Translations under genes and position numbers: made by a program
Shown here: in pieces, positions 1 to 11,030 of the stretch
Layout of the letters: every line of letters starts with the position of its first letter
Numbering within the stretch: position 1 is the stretch's first letter
Notes under the pieces: model-generated
Told to the model about the DNA's origin: nothing
Databases searched by the model: none
The model's input: only the letters and a program-made list of their open reading frames with translations
DNA from: Camelus ferus
Lineage: Eukaryota
Length of the DNA: 64,000 nucleotides
NCBI RefSeq assembly: GCF_009834535.1
Contig: NC_045696.1
Coordinates: 75,704,001-75,768,000 of the forward strand
Direction of reading: 5' to 3'

Positions 1-2
1 TG

Positions 3-125
3 ATGTTGCCACTTCAGATAAAAAGGTCGTTATCTGTTCATTCTGGTACCACAGGCAGTTTGAAGAGAACACATGAAGAAGAGTATTTTGGAAACATACA
101 AGTGGCGACTGCGCAGAATGGCTGA
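3..125 (+). CDS. STYX: C-terminal 40 codons of the STYX-like reading frame (partial; open to TGA at 123-125; coding status unknown)
   Basis: Manual translation. The frame is too short for the supplied ORF track. There is no stop or frameshift in the visible part. Versus recalled human STYX it has one codon fewer in the acidic stretch and several substitutions. Confidence 0.5.
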   Translation: MLPLQIKRSLSVHSGTTGSLKRTHEEEYFGNIQVATAQNG

Positions 126-3100
126 CTCAAGAGCAACGTTATAGAGGATGTGAATTTCTATTTGGGAAGGAGAAAATACTAGAGACAGTAATAATGTAAA
201 ATGGTAAAAACACAAGTAGTTTCTTTTCAATTACATGTTGCTTCCAGACGTGTTTCTCTGCAACTTGTTGAGCAACATTTTAAGAGGCTGGACTTCTGCA
301 ATAGATGGCACTGATGGTTTTACTCCCTTTTTTTTTTTTTTTTTTTTAAATTCTTTACAGTTTTATTATAAACCAAGAATTTTGGACTTGCAAAGAGGTA
401 TTATTGTGATAACGCACTTTTCATACCTGAAATTTATTTGTATGATATAAAATTATTACTTTAAACAAAATGTAAGTTAGGGGGAATTTGTTTATAAAAT
501 CTGGGTAATTTATAACAAAAGAATTTCCTAACATTTGCTAAAAATTCATTTTGTGTTCTACATATTTAAAAATAATTTTACAGTTCAGTTTTATGATGGA
601 GCCTCTTACATAAACATTAACAAAGGCAGGGATCTGCCACATTTCTTTTTTAGTATAATTCAATAGCTTAATTACCTTTATTTTTTTAAACTTCTTGATC
701 CCTTATTAATAATCTTTAGATAATGACATTAGCCAACTATCCTTACTTTAACATGATCCAAGGATTGCTTCCTTTCCTATTACCTTCCTAATTTTATTCT
801 ACAGTAAAAAAGTTTAATGAAAAAAGGAAGGTATTTTGCTTTATAATACCAGATGCTCAAAAACAAGGAGTTTTAAACTTTCAAGTGACTTTCCTTTAAC
901 ATTCTTAAAAGCCACATGTTGTGTTTGTTCATTTCAGAGTTATGTAGACTGTTTTTTCTTTGTCCAAAATGGTTCTAAGTAGTAAATATAATAAGCCAAT
1001 GTAATACTATTTTTTCTAAACCAAGCCCCCCCCAAAGTGCCTTGCCTCATTAGAAAAAATTTTAAAAAAAATCCTCATGACCTCTAAATTAGTATGTAGA
1101 ACAGTGAAAAGTTTTGAACGTTTCCCTGCAATTTCTGTTTTGTTTTTTTTTTTAAATCATAAATTAGCTCAAACTGAAAGTCTTTAAGGCTTGAAGAAAC
1201 CTTGGTAAAACTATTTGGAATATTGGAATATGGAACATTTACTCCATTTTATATTGTCTTAATGATTCTGTGAGTTTGTTCTGACTTAGAAGCTTTTCTT
1301 TGAGGTTGCAGTTATTGGAGAAAGTGATTGTGGAAGAGTTTGTTGTATTATAAATTAGTATTGTAATCAATACAATGTAATCTTTACATTGAGTTAATCC
1401 AAATTTCCCCGCATAATTTACATTAGAGTCATTTTATGGATCCTAGGTTCTCCATGTTTTTATTTATACATATAAAAATTGTTCTAAGAAAAACTTCTGC
1501 TATTTTAAGAATGATGTTGGGGAGGAGAGGAGTGTTTTTAACATTTTATATGTGATGACTTAGGGTAGCACAAACAAAACTCCTTTGTATCTCACTTTTC
1601 TCAGTCCTCTCTCTGGAGGTGCTCTACTGATGGAAATGTTTTCCATACATTCCCTTAGTACCAACAGGTACTATGCAAGGTAACCTACTACAAGTTACCT
1701 ACTTTGCTTTCCTCCCTGAGATGTAACAACACAGTGTAAGCTTTTTTTATCCAGCATAGCAGGAGAGTGGAAGTGAATCAAAATTGCTTTGTTAATTAAT
1801 TGTTAATTCCTTTTGACCCAGGTGGTATTCCTTTTCTGATTTCCCTTCCCTTCTCCTGTTTTTACCACCCTGACAACAGCATATTGTTAATCCCATGTGG
1901 TCTCATGCTCTGTTGTGTGACCAGGTCACTGGGTGTGGTGGTCTAGTATAGTTAAGATTTGCATTGAGTGCTGTGAAATTCCAGTTGGTAAAGTGCCAGA
2001 TAACACAGCTTTCCTGTATATAGATCACTATTAGGTAGATCAGCAGTCTCTTTTGCAGTCTGTTAAGATTTGATGCTTCATTCAGCAAAAACTGCTTACA
2101 AGGACCTTCATACCTGTCCATTTAGGTCTTAAAAATGAGGCAGTTAAGATTTTTTAAAATTAATTTCTTAAATACACATATCCTCTCCAGTAGTCTGGCC
2201 ACGAATACAAGTTTGGTTATTTATTTATTTATAGCTGGTAATTTTCCGCTTTTTCTAACCACTATAACTTTTATGTTGTTACTGAAGTGCCTGCCCAGTA
2301 CTGTATAGTAAAGACTGTCTCTCACAAACACTAGAAAAAGGGATTGTCATCTTCTTGAGTACTAATTAATATGGACAGAATGTTTATTCTTTCTTTCATA
2401 TAAGAACACTACAAGTTTGTTTTATCTTGAGTCCATTCTTTCACCTCATGTTGAGCTAGTTCTTCTGGTAGCTCTGCCTATTCTTCTGTTGGGTTCTATT
2501 TCCATAATTCCTTTATTTCCACTGTTGTTTTGTGATAGTTAACCAATCATGATTTACTTTCTAGAATATTCAAATAATGTATGAGTGATATAGCACCCAA
2601 TTTTAACCAGTAAATATTAATCTGGGCACAGAATTTAAAATGACATCACATCAAAACATAGAAAAACTATTTATTGTCCATTTTGAAAGTATGAAACATA
2701 AATATTGAAAATATTCAAACTGGAATGGTAGTATTTTAATCTTCTATTTTTATTTCATTGGTTCGTGGTAATTTCTTATCAAATATTTAAACAGCACTTA
2801 TTTGTATCTACTCTATGTTGGAAAAGTTAAACCGTGATAGCTTTTGCTACCAACTCTCAACCACTTAACTTTCTGAGTAGAATATTTGTTTTGGGAGGAT
2901 TTTGTGCTTCATCTGAGTTTAGAAGTAATGTCAGAAAATGTTAAGCATGTCCTTTTAAAGAAAATGTAAGGTTTCTAATTGTCTTATTACCATGGTAATT
3001 CAAGTGACTTAGAAGTATTTAACTGCAATCTTGAATTATAAAGTTGGGATGCATATATAGAGACATGTATCAAAATCTCAACTTGATGTAAAGTAAATGA

Positions 3101-3627
3101 GCAGTTACCTGGTGGTTTTTTTTTTTTTTTTCCAAATAACTGTTTAACTATAATTTCATAACAAACTTAGCTTCATTTCAATATTTATTTTGTCCATTTG
3201 TCAGTGCTCCAAAAAGGAAATAATAGGAAATAGCTGAAAGTTACTAAAATTTTTTTTCTTTTTTATTGATTAGACAAATTAGTTTCTAGGGTCTTCGAAT
3301 GCTGAGTTTTTTTATCTTACCCATCCATGGCAGCTAAAAAAAAAATCACTCAAAATATTTAGGTTTACATGTTAGCTCTCTCATAGGGAGTTGCCATACC
3401 TTACAATTCAAAGTGTATTCTATAGATCAGTAACATTATACTGACATGTAGTTGCAATTTACTATGCAGCAAAAATGATTCAAGAAGAAAAATAACCTAC
3501 AGTGTCTATTTATCTTTGCATAGGCAACTGCTCAAGTTACTCTACTTTTAACATTTGTACTTGGATAAAATGCTTATGTATGTATAGGAATGTCACAGTG
3601 CAAATGCTGCTAGCTCAGGCACAAAGT

Positions 3628-3694
3628 ATTAAAGTTATTTTGTGAAGATTGGTGGTTGTATTAAAACTGTTGTGCCATTATACCTCAAAAAAAA
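3628..3694 (+). terminator. Polyadenylation signals (ATTAAA x2) and remnant A-tail of the STYX retrocopy
   Basis: ATTAAA at 3628-3633 and 3660-3665. A8 starts 21 nt after the second signal, which is canonical spacing. Confidence 0.75.
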
Positions 3695-3825
3695 GAGATT
3701 ACTAATATAATATTTTAATATAATAAAACTATTTATGACAAAGCAATAATATTGAATTATTAGTACAATATATTAATTATATTATAATGTCAAAAAATAA
3801 GTTGTTAAGTTTATATAATTCTGTT
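3695..3825. repeat. AT-rich low-complexity tract
   Basis: Almost exclusively A/T (taatataatattttaatataataaaac...). Confidence 0.7.
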
Positions 3826-3924
3826 TTTAAAATCCTGTTCTTTGACTATTGAATCTAGTGTCAGAACAGAATCCCTAATTCTGGTTTTCAAATTTTATAT
3901 TGTTCAAGAATTAGCATATTTGCC

Positions 3925-4045
3925 AAGGAGCAGATTCTTGAGTCTCAACTCCAGATATTCTAATTAATTAAGTTTTGGGTGGGACCAAGCTATCACCATT
4001 TTTGAGCAATATTCCCATTGATTGTGATATAGGAGGTCCAAGAGA
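3925..4045. mobile_element. MER5-like hAT-Charlie fragment
   Basis: gcagattcttgagtctcaactccagatattctaattaa...gggtgggaccaag resembles the MER5A core. Confidence 0.5.
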
Positions 4046-5304
4046 AAATTCTAATGAAATGTCCTTGTGCTGTTGATATTTTCCGTTTGGGTGATTGATT
4101 AATAACAAATGACGATATTGATTCTGCAGGACTGAAAGCATAATTTACGTGTTGCAGTGCCTCAAGGCTATGTAGGTCTTGTGTTCAAACATTTCAAATA
4201 AGTAAATGTATAAACTAAAAGTTTTGTTTTCTTTTTAATTTGATTTTTTTCCTCTCAATTCAGGAAACTAAAGAAGATGGTATTTAAATTCGGCATGAAT
4301 TATTATCACACAGGTAGCTTGAAAGATGTTTTAAGTGCCTTTTAATCACAATGAAGACATATTTGAAATGTTTAATGGAACTTGGAAGCCCAAACCACCT
4401 TACAGCTAGAAAAAGATGGAAAAAGAAAATGCCATTTTTCACAAGATTTCATAGCACTTGAGTTCTGGTTTTAATTTTCTCCAAAAGGCAGTTGGCATGA
4501 GGCAATATGTCATTTACTAGTGCTATTTACTCTGATTAATTACTTGGTAGACAAAATAAAGAACATTCTTTCGGAAGTAAGTCTCTGAAGCCCACTGTGT
4601 CCAGGGAGCTGTGGGAGACTGAGAACACTGTCCCCATACTGAGTCCTCCTCTATCTTCAGTCCAGTCGGGACCCTTGGTTGAGGAGGAAACGGTCACTGT
4701 GACCCAGAAAATTCTTAAGAATAAAAGCTGTCGCTGATGAATCCATGGATACATTGAATACTGGGACATGCTAGTGTTCTCTTGACCCTTCCAAAGGTTC
4801 AGTTTAAGACCATAACAGGACTGGGAGAAATATTCTGACAAATAGCCTTCTAAGGACAACCATTTCATGCTTGGCTCATTTCATGGCTTCAGAAAAAAAA
4901 TCTAAGAGAAATTGCTGATTTTGAGAGAGTTTTGGGGAAAAAAATTTTTCTCCTTGTAATTCTGGAGCTCATCTATTTTTCTTCAAGTTGGAAATTTGAC
5001 AGTCTACCCCACAGTGCAGCAGCCTCTAAGCTTCAACCCAAACCCACAGACTGATTTCTGGTTTGCTGGAGGCACTCAGTCTATCCTGGAAATTGCCTTT
5101 AGCCACAGTTGCAACGTCCAAGAGTGTTGACGCTTGTCAAAATAGGAAAGAGAATGTAAAAATGGGCTTAGAGCTCCTAGCCTTGTACTTTGAGAAATCT
5201 AGATGTGCTTTAACAAATATGAATGTAGGAAATGCCAAACTCATATCCCTGCTAGTTTTTCTCTTCCTAAAGTCTTTCCTTTATTGTTCAGTTGCTACGT
5301 ACTC

Positions 5305-5550
5305 AGACATAAAGCACTTTGTATATTTTTCTCAAGTCTTCACAGTAATCTTATGACATGCTATTATAATACCCATTTTATAGGAAAGCCAACTTAGGAT
5401 AAATAAGTTAAATAACTTGTTTAAGAGCAAAGCCAAATGTGGTAGAGCCAATAAGTGGCAGAATCAACGTTCAAATCCAGGATGATCTGAGTTCAAATCC
5501 AGGGTGATCTGACTATAAGGTCCATGATCTTAGTGATTATACTGTAACTC
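5305..5550 (-). mobile_element. MIR SINE containing a 22-bp tandem duplication
   Basis: MIR core in reverse (cccattttatagga..., aagttaaataacttg, gttcaaatccagg). Duplication at 5469-5512. Confidence 0.7.
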
Positions 5551-6694
5551 AACATCTCAACCTCTGTCCTCTCTCACTATTGGCTTTATCCAAAGGACAC
5601 CCATGTCTACAAACTTTATTCTTCCCTGGCAATCGGCCCTGAAAATCGGCCCGTTGGCTTTATTGAGTTTTGGAGCTAAGAATCTTTTCTACATTTAGAA
5701 GTCAATGTTCCAGTCATGTCTGAAGGATTCCTTGTTTGACTTCCTTTGGATTCCCTTTGGCAGGTCCCGTTTGTTATCAACCATATTGGAATCCAGTACT
5801 GTAGACATGAGGTGCCCATATTTTGCCTAGATATGTTAATTCCTATGACTCTTCCTCTTCCAGTGTTGACCTGTCTGGAGCTCTGTCAGGAGTTTTCCTC
5901 CTCATTTTATCTATTGCTCTAGCTAGCGCTCGTTTTGAAAACTGAAATCCTATTCTTCACTACAAGTTGTTCACAGATTCTGCTTGGCCTTTGTTTTTTG
6001 CTTTCTAAAACTAGACTGTATTCTTATATGGTCACCTTTTGAACTGGACGTCTTCTACATATAGACAAAGTGTTTAATGATGACCGCCACCGATGACCAC
6101 CACCTGAGTTATATGGTTGGTTGGTATGGTTAGATTGCATTCCTTGTTGACACTTGATTGGCAAACATTTGTTGAGTGTTTTCTGGTGCAGGCTCTGTGT
6201 TGGGGCCTCACCTACAAGGAAGAGGTATATCCTCTGTCTCTGTGGTATTCACAGTTCAGTAACTCTGCCCTATGTTAGTACTGAGTCCTTTCCCTTTGGT
6301 CATTTAACCTTATTTGTTGAGTTTTTCCTATGAAATTGCCTTTCTCCAGTCTCATCTTAGTAGGAATGTCCCAGCTTGATCTGTTTTATTTCTATTCTCT
6401 GGCCTAGATTTGCCAAAGACCCACCGTGACACATGCACAAGAATGTCTAGGGCAATGGCACCTTCTGTCTCTGCTCTTCCCTCTTCTCTACCATGCCACT
6501 TCTGAGACGTGACTTGAAGCTGACCGTGCTAATCATGTGTCTTCGTCCTTCTCGATATGTGCTCTAGCGGGGTGGGCTTTCTCCCTCCATCAACCATTAG
6601 AGAATAAGCAATTTTGAAGTTTCTAGCAAGTTCCTTTGTAAGTACTAACTGGAAGCGAAAGTTATAGGGGAAAATTGGTTGAAATTTTCTAAGA

Positions 6695-6922
6695 TGAGGG
6701 TTGGCAAACTGTATTCCATAAGCTAAATCCAGCCCAGCACCTATTTTTGTAAATAAAGTTTTATTGGAACACAGTCACATTCACTCATTTAGGTATTGCC
6801 TATGACTGCTTTTTGTGCTACAATGGCATGAAAAGTTGAGTAACTATGAAAGAGAAACAGTGGCTCACAAAGCTTAAAGTATTTACTATCTGATCGTTCA
6901 CAGAACAGTTTACCCACACTTA
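6695..6922 (+). mobile_element. MER58A (hAT-Charlie non-autonomous DNA transposon), full length
   Basis: Matches recalled MER58A consensus (ggttggcaaact...tttttgtaaataaagttttattggaacacag...tatttactatctg...). Perfect 8-bp TSD TTCTAAGA at 6687-6694 and 6923-6930. Confidence 0.88.
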
Positions 6923-9816
6923 TTCTAAGACATTGTTAAACTCCTTAGGAGGTACATTAAATAATAATATGTGGTTATCTTAAGTACTCTAATGGCTAAG
7001 AAAATTAATTTACGGTGGATGTATAACGAAAAGAGTACTCTCCTATAATCCTTGTTTCTTTGGCCACACACACAGAGCCTTAGCAAAAATCAAGAAAGCA
7101 CTTGACTTGAGCACTTCTTCATATTTCTCAAGTCTCTAGCCATACCAGTTACCCTTGATCCTATGTTGTTCTCATACATCTTCCAAAGGAGATGCCCAAT
7201 AGTCTCTTCATGGCTTTTTATGAAATAGTACATGCTGTTCGGGGTCACAGGGTCTTGGTCAGTGTCTTCTTGTCAAATTGCTAAACAGCATCTGTGCAGC
7301 GCTTGCCCTCAGCTTTGTGCAACCTTCTTCAGCTCCACGTTCCACCGCTTACCTGGCTCCCAAATGGGAGAAAACTTCATTCTAAGCTTAATGTTGTTTT
7401 TGTTTGCTGAGCTTGGCAGATTTGTTTTCTAACCATAATCAGTTTAGTGGGCCTTGAAAACAGGGATTTGCTCTTTTAGGTTTGTAGCTCCCTCTTGCTA
7501 ACAAGTTCTCCAGGGACTAAACCAACTTTCTAATAATGATGATATTAATAATAATGCTACAATAGCTTTGAATGCTTATTATATGCTGTAATAATTATAA
7601 TGAAAATAGGCATTATAATAATAAGCCATAATAGTTTTGAATGCTTGTTATGTGTTATATCTACGAAATGGTTCCAAGTTCTGCACATAAATTAACTTAT
7701 TTAATCCTTGTAACATTTCAGTCAGCCTTACATCAGAGTCCATGTTTTTAATCACTATGCAAAAGACATATTACTAGGAAGTTTTTGTTGGTTCTTCAGC
7801 ATGGGGAGAACATAAGAAAGTGGCACTACTCGTTGAATTTCTTTGAGGGCGTTCCCTAAAAAAATAGAATACACACATACATATATACACATACATCTGT
7901 ATATAAGTATTTCATATACATATATACATACCATGTAGTAAGTACATAATAAATGTTCCTAAATGCATAGAAAGTTTAATTTATTCATCAAAATATTATC
8001 AAATGCTGTAATGACAGGCATTGTTATAGTTTGGAAGGAATGCTTCATTTGCTTACCAGATATATTCATAGTCTCTTAAGAATAAATTGCTGACAGTAAC
8101 AAACTCATGTAGACTGGATTAAAGCACAGAGTCAAGCAGTTAGGGGCCAAGTTAGTCTCCAGCAGTCTCCCTCTGTCCCCCTGTCTTGCTTCTCCTTCCC
8201 CACCCCCTCCATATGCACATCTACCACCCAGCCTCTCCCTGGCATCTTTCTGAGCCCCCTTACCTCCTCTTCTCTGCCTTCCTGCAGACAACCTCTTTCC
8301 GCTTTTGAATGAACATGGAAGGCAGTACACTTCGAGCTCCTACAACACTGACTAGATCTTTTGGATCCAAATTGCAGATTCCAAGAGAGGAAATCAGTAA
8401 GTCATCTAGAACCAGACGTCCTCTTTCAGGCTCAGTCAGTAAAGGCTGACAACAGGGTTGAGGTGAGTTCACGTGACCTGCTAAGGAAACGGAATTCCTA
8501 AGACTGGATCTTGAATAAGGCATGAAAACTGAGTAAGAGGGGTACAAAATATGTTGACTTTTTTCCTCTTTCTTTGAATGCCCAGAGTCCATAGTAATAT
8601 TCCCTAGAACCAGGTAGTAATGCTTTTAACTGCCCTCAAAAATGATAGGAAACTCCTTCACAAGAAAGAGCTGACTAATACGTTAAATGTGAAAAAAGTA
8701 CATTGTATTCCTAGACCTTCACTTCTTGGAGGATGCAACTCCCTGGGATCTTCCTACATTCCTATGTTTGCTTGTGATGCCAAAAAAAGTTGCAGTGGAG
8801 ACAAACGTCAGACTTTCTGATACTACCTGCAGCCCCATCCATTATAGACTTCATCCTTCTCTCCAGATTGCCAGTATGTAATCAACAAAGATTGCCCAAA
8901 ATGTATGGAGAGGGTAGATGGGGCCATTTTGCATGGTGTCCTCCAGACCTGCAGAAATCATAAAACCGGACTACCCAAGTGAACTGGTTGGCACTGTCAG
9001 GCCAGGGACCAGAATAAATTTCCACTCCACTGGAAGAATTACGACTACGAACTCCTTTACTCATGACTCTCCATAGGTCAAATGCGGGATCTGAAAAAAC
9101 ATGTAGCTACTAGAAAAGAGGGAGCCTTGGAGATGCTCAAATAGCCAACTGAATAGCTAGAGTCTTCCCAACATCAGCTTTCCTGATGTAACAAGTCCTT
9201 TTTTTAACTAAAAGTTAAAATGCTTTTCCTATTTGAGTGACTGATAGTCAGAATTATTCTTTGCTTTTGGCATATCCATATTGGGAAGATTTATTCACAC
9301 AATGTAGAGATGGAAAATGGGACAGATGCTACACTTGAGCCTTAATTCCTTACAAAATTAACAGGAATTAGAAGAGGAAGTTTGTGCTCTGGGGTAGAGA
9401 TTTTATAGACGTACCACAGAGACATACCCTTCACTTGCACATGACCTGCCAGGTACAGAGGGCTTCCATGTAATTAAATTGCCTGAATTCTGTTTGTCAC
9501 AAAATTCTCCCCCGGTCCCACAGCTCTCTCCCACTCAAGTTTTAAAGATAATGTAAAAGAATAGATGAGATGCACGTGGACCTCAGGATATACTCTGGAA
9601 TGTAATTTTTATAAAATATGAATTTATTCTGCTCCTATTTTCCTTTCTATTTTAAGTGCCTGTTACTAACATTTTGCAGAGTTGATGAATTCAGACTGAA
9701 AGAGAGGTTTTCTCAAGGAACACATAAAGTGGCAAATTGTTTCAGTACCAACTACTATGCAGACCAAATGAAAGTTAGATTTTGTGGGAAGGTCATTAAT
9801 TTATTTCTGTGTAAAT

Positions 9817-9928
9817 CAGTGGTTCCCAAGTTTGGCTGCACATAAAGATCATCTGGGGGCTTAAAACAATCCTGATGCCCAGGTGGCATCCCAGAGATTC
9901 TAATTTAATTTGTCTATGGTGTTTCCAT
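9817..9928. mobile_element. MER5-type hAT element, left part (interrupted by L1)
   Basis: cagtggttcccaagtttggctgcacataaagatcatctggggg...gatgcccagg...cccagagattctaatttaatt. Confidence 0.65.
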
Positions 9929-10795
9929 TAATATTTTTAAAATAAACTTAATTTTTTGGAATGCTTTCAGATTTATAGAAAGTTGCAAAGGAAGCACAGA
10001 GGGACCCTATATGCCCTTCACTTAGTTTCCCTCTTATCTTAACATTCCCACCATGTGAGCTTTGTCACAACTAAGAACAAACATAGGTGCATTGTTACTA
10101 ACTGAAATCCAGGCTTTATTTGATTCCATTATCTTTTCCACTCCTGTCCTTTTTTGGCTCCAGGATCCCACTTGGGGTACATTACATTGTGTCATCATGT
10201 CTCCTTCATCTTACCAGGTCTGTGATAGTTTCTCAGTCTTTGTTTTTTGTGACCTTGAAGTTTTGGTGAGTGTTGGCCAGATATTTTGAAGAGTATCCCT
10301 CAATTTGGGATTTTTCTGATGCTTTTCTCACGGTTAGAGTGGAATTATGCATTTGGGGAAAGACTAGCACAGAGGTAAAGTGCCTTCATCCCACATCAGG
10401 GTGTAAACACCATGAGCATGACTTCCCCTGGGGATGTGAACCTTGATCACCTGCCCAAGGTGGCGTCTGCCGATTTCTCCACTGAGAAGTTATTCTCCCT
10501 TCTCTTCCCCTTCCTGTACTCTAGTTTTTGGAGGTAAGTCACTAAAAGTAGGGGCGGTGTGAGTCTGGGTTCACCTCCTGCAGTGAGGCATATCAATGTG
10601 AAGTATTTGCCATTTTTTCATAAAGAGGATTTGTCTCTTCTCCCACATTCATTTGCTTATTTAACCCTTTGTTTATGTAGATACAGGCTTATGGATATTT
10701 ATTTTATGCTTTGGGTTATTATCCCAAGCTGCATGTATTCTGTTACTCAGATCATTTTAGCTTTGGCCGTTGGGACCTCTCTGAGGTCGGTTGCA
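9929..10795 (-). mobile_element. L1MC4/L1MC5-like LINE-1 3' end
   Basis: Reverse L1MC 3'UTR motifs (tttcagatttatagaaagttgcaaag, ccaggatcccac, gtgaaccttgatcacctg, gctttggccgttgggacctc). Confidence 0.75.
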
Positions 10796-10857
10796 ATAGT
10801 ATTTTAAAAGCCCACCAGGTAATACTCAAGGGCAGCCATAGTAGGGAACTCTGATTT
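10796..10857. mobile_element. MER5-type hAT element, right part
   Basis: tattttaaaagcccaccaggtaatactc...gcagccatagtagggaactctg continues the MER5 consensus from 9928. Confidence 0.55.
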
Positions 10858-10869
10858 ACGTGCAGGAGA

Positions 10870-11030
10870 CCCGTGTTTCTCAAAGCGTAGTTCCTGAATA
10901 AGCAGTGTCACCCTCGCCTGGAAATTTGTTAGAAATGCAGTTTGGGGGCCCCCACCCCAAACCTACTGAATCAACACCGGGGTGGAGCCCAGGTGAATCT
11001 GATGGGCACTAGTATTTGAAAACCACTGAA
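10870..11030. mobile_element. MER5A
   Basis: gtgtttctcaaagcgtagttcc...tttgttagaaatgcag...ccccaccccaaacctactgaatca...tttgaaaaccactg. Confidence 0.75.

Larger units (their letters stand above)
1..3694 (+). pseudogene. STYX: Processed retrocopy (pseudogene or possible retrogene) of STYX, 5' part outside the window: last coding codons plus complete 3'UTR and A-tail
   Basis: Frame 3..125 translates to MLPLQIKRSLSVHSGTTGSLKRTHEEEYFGNIQVATAQNG*, matching the human STYX C-terminus as I recall it (MSPLQIERSLSVHSGTTGSLKRTHEEEDDFGTMQVATAQNG*). The sequence is contiguous across ACCACAG|GCAGTTTG (54/55), where I recall the last STYX intron lies. An AU-rich, UTR-like 3.56 kb follows, ending in ATTAAA (3660-3665) and A8 (3687-3694). 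No GNPNAT1 exons are seen downstream, although GNPNAT1 is the tail-to-tail neighbour of the parental gene in human. Confidence 0.85.

Noticed and set aside
1..3694. Interpretation as the terminal exon of the authentic STYX gene
   Set aside because: The last exon junction (as recalled) is already fused, there is a genomic A-tail, a well-conserved peptide has several changes, and no GNPNAT1 exons follow.
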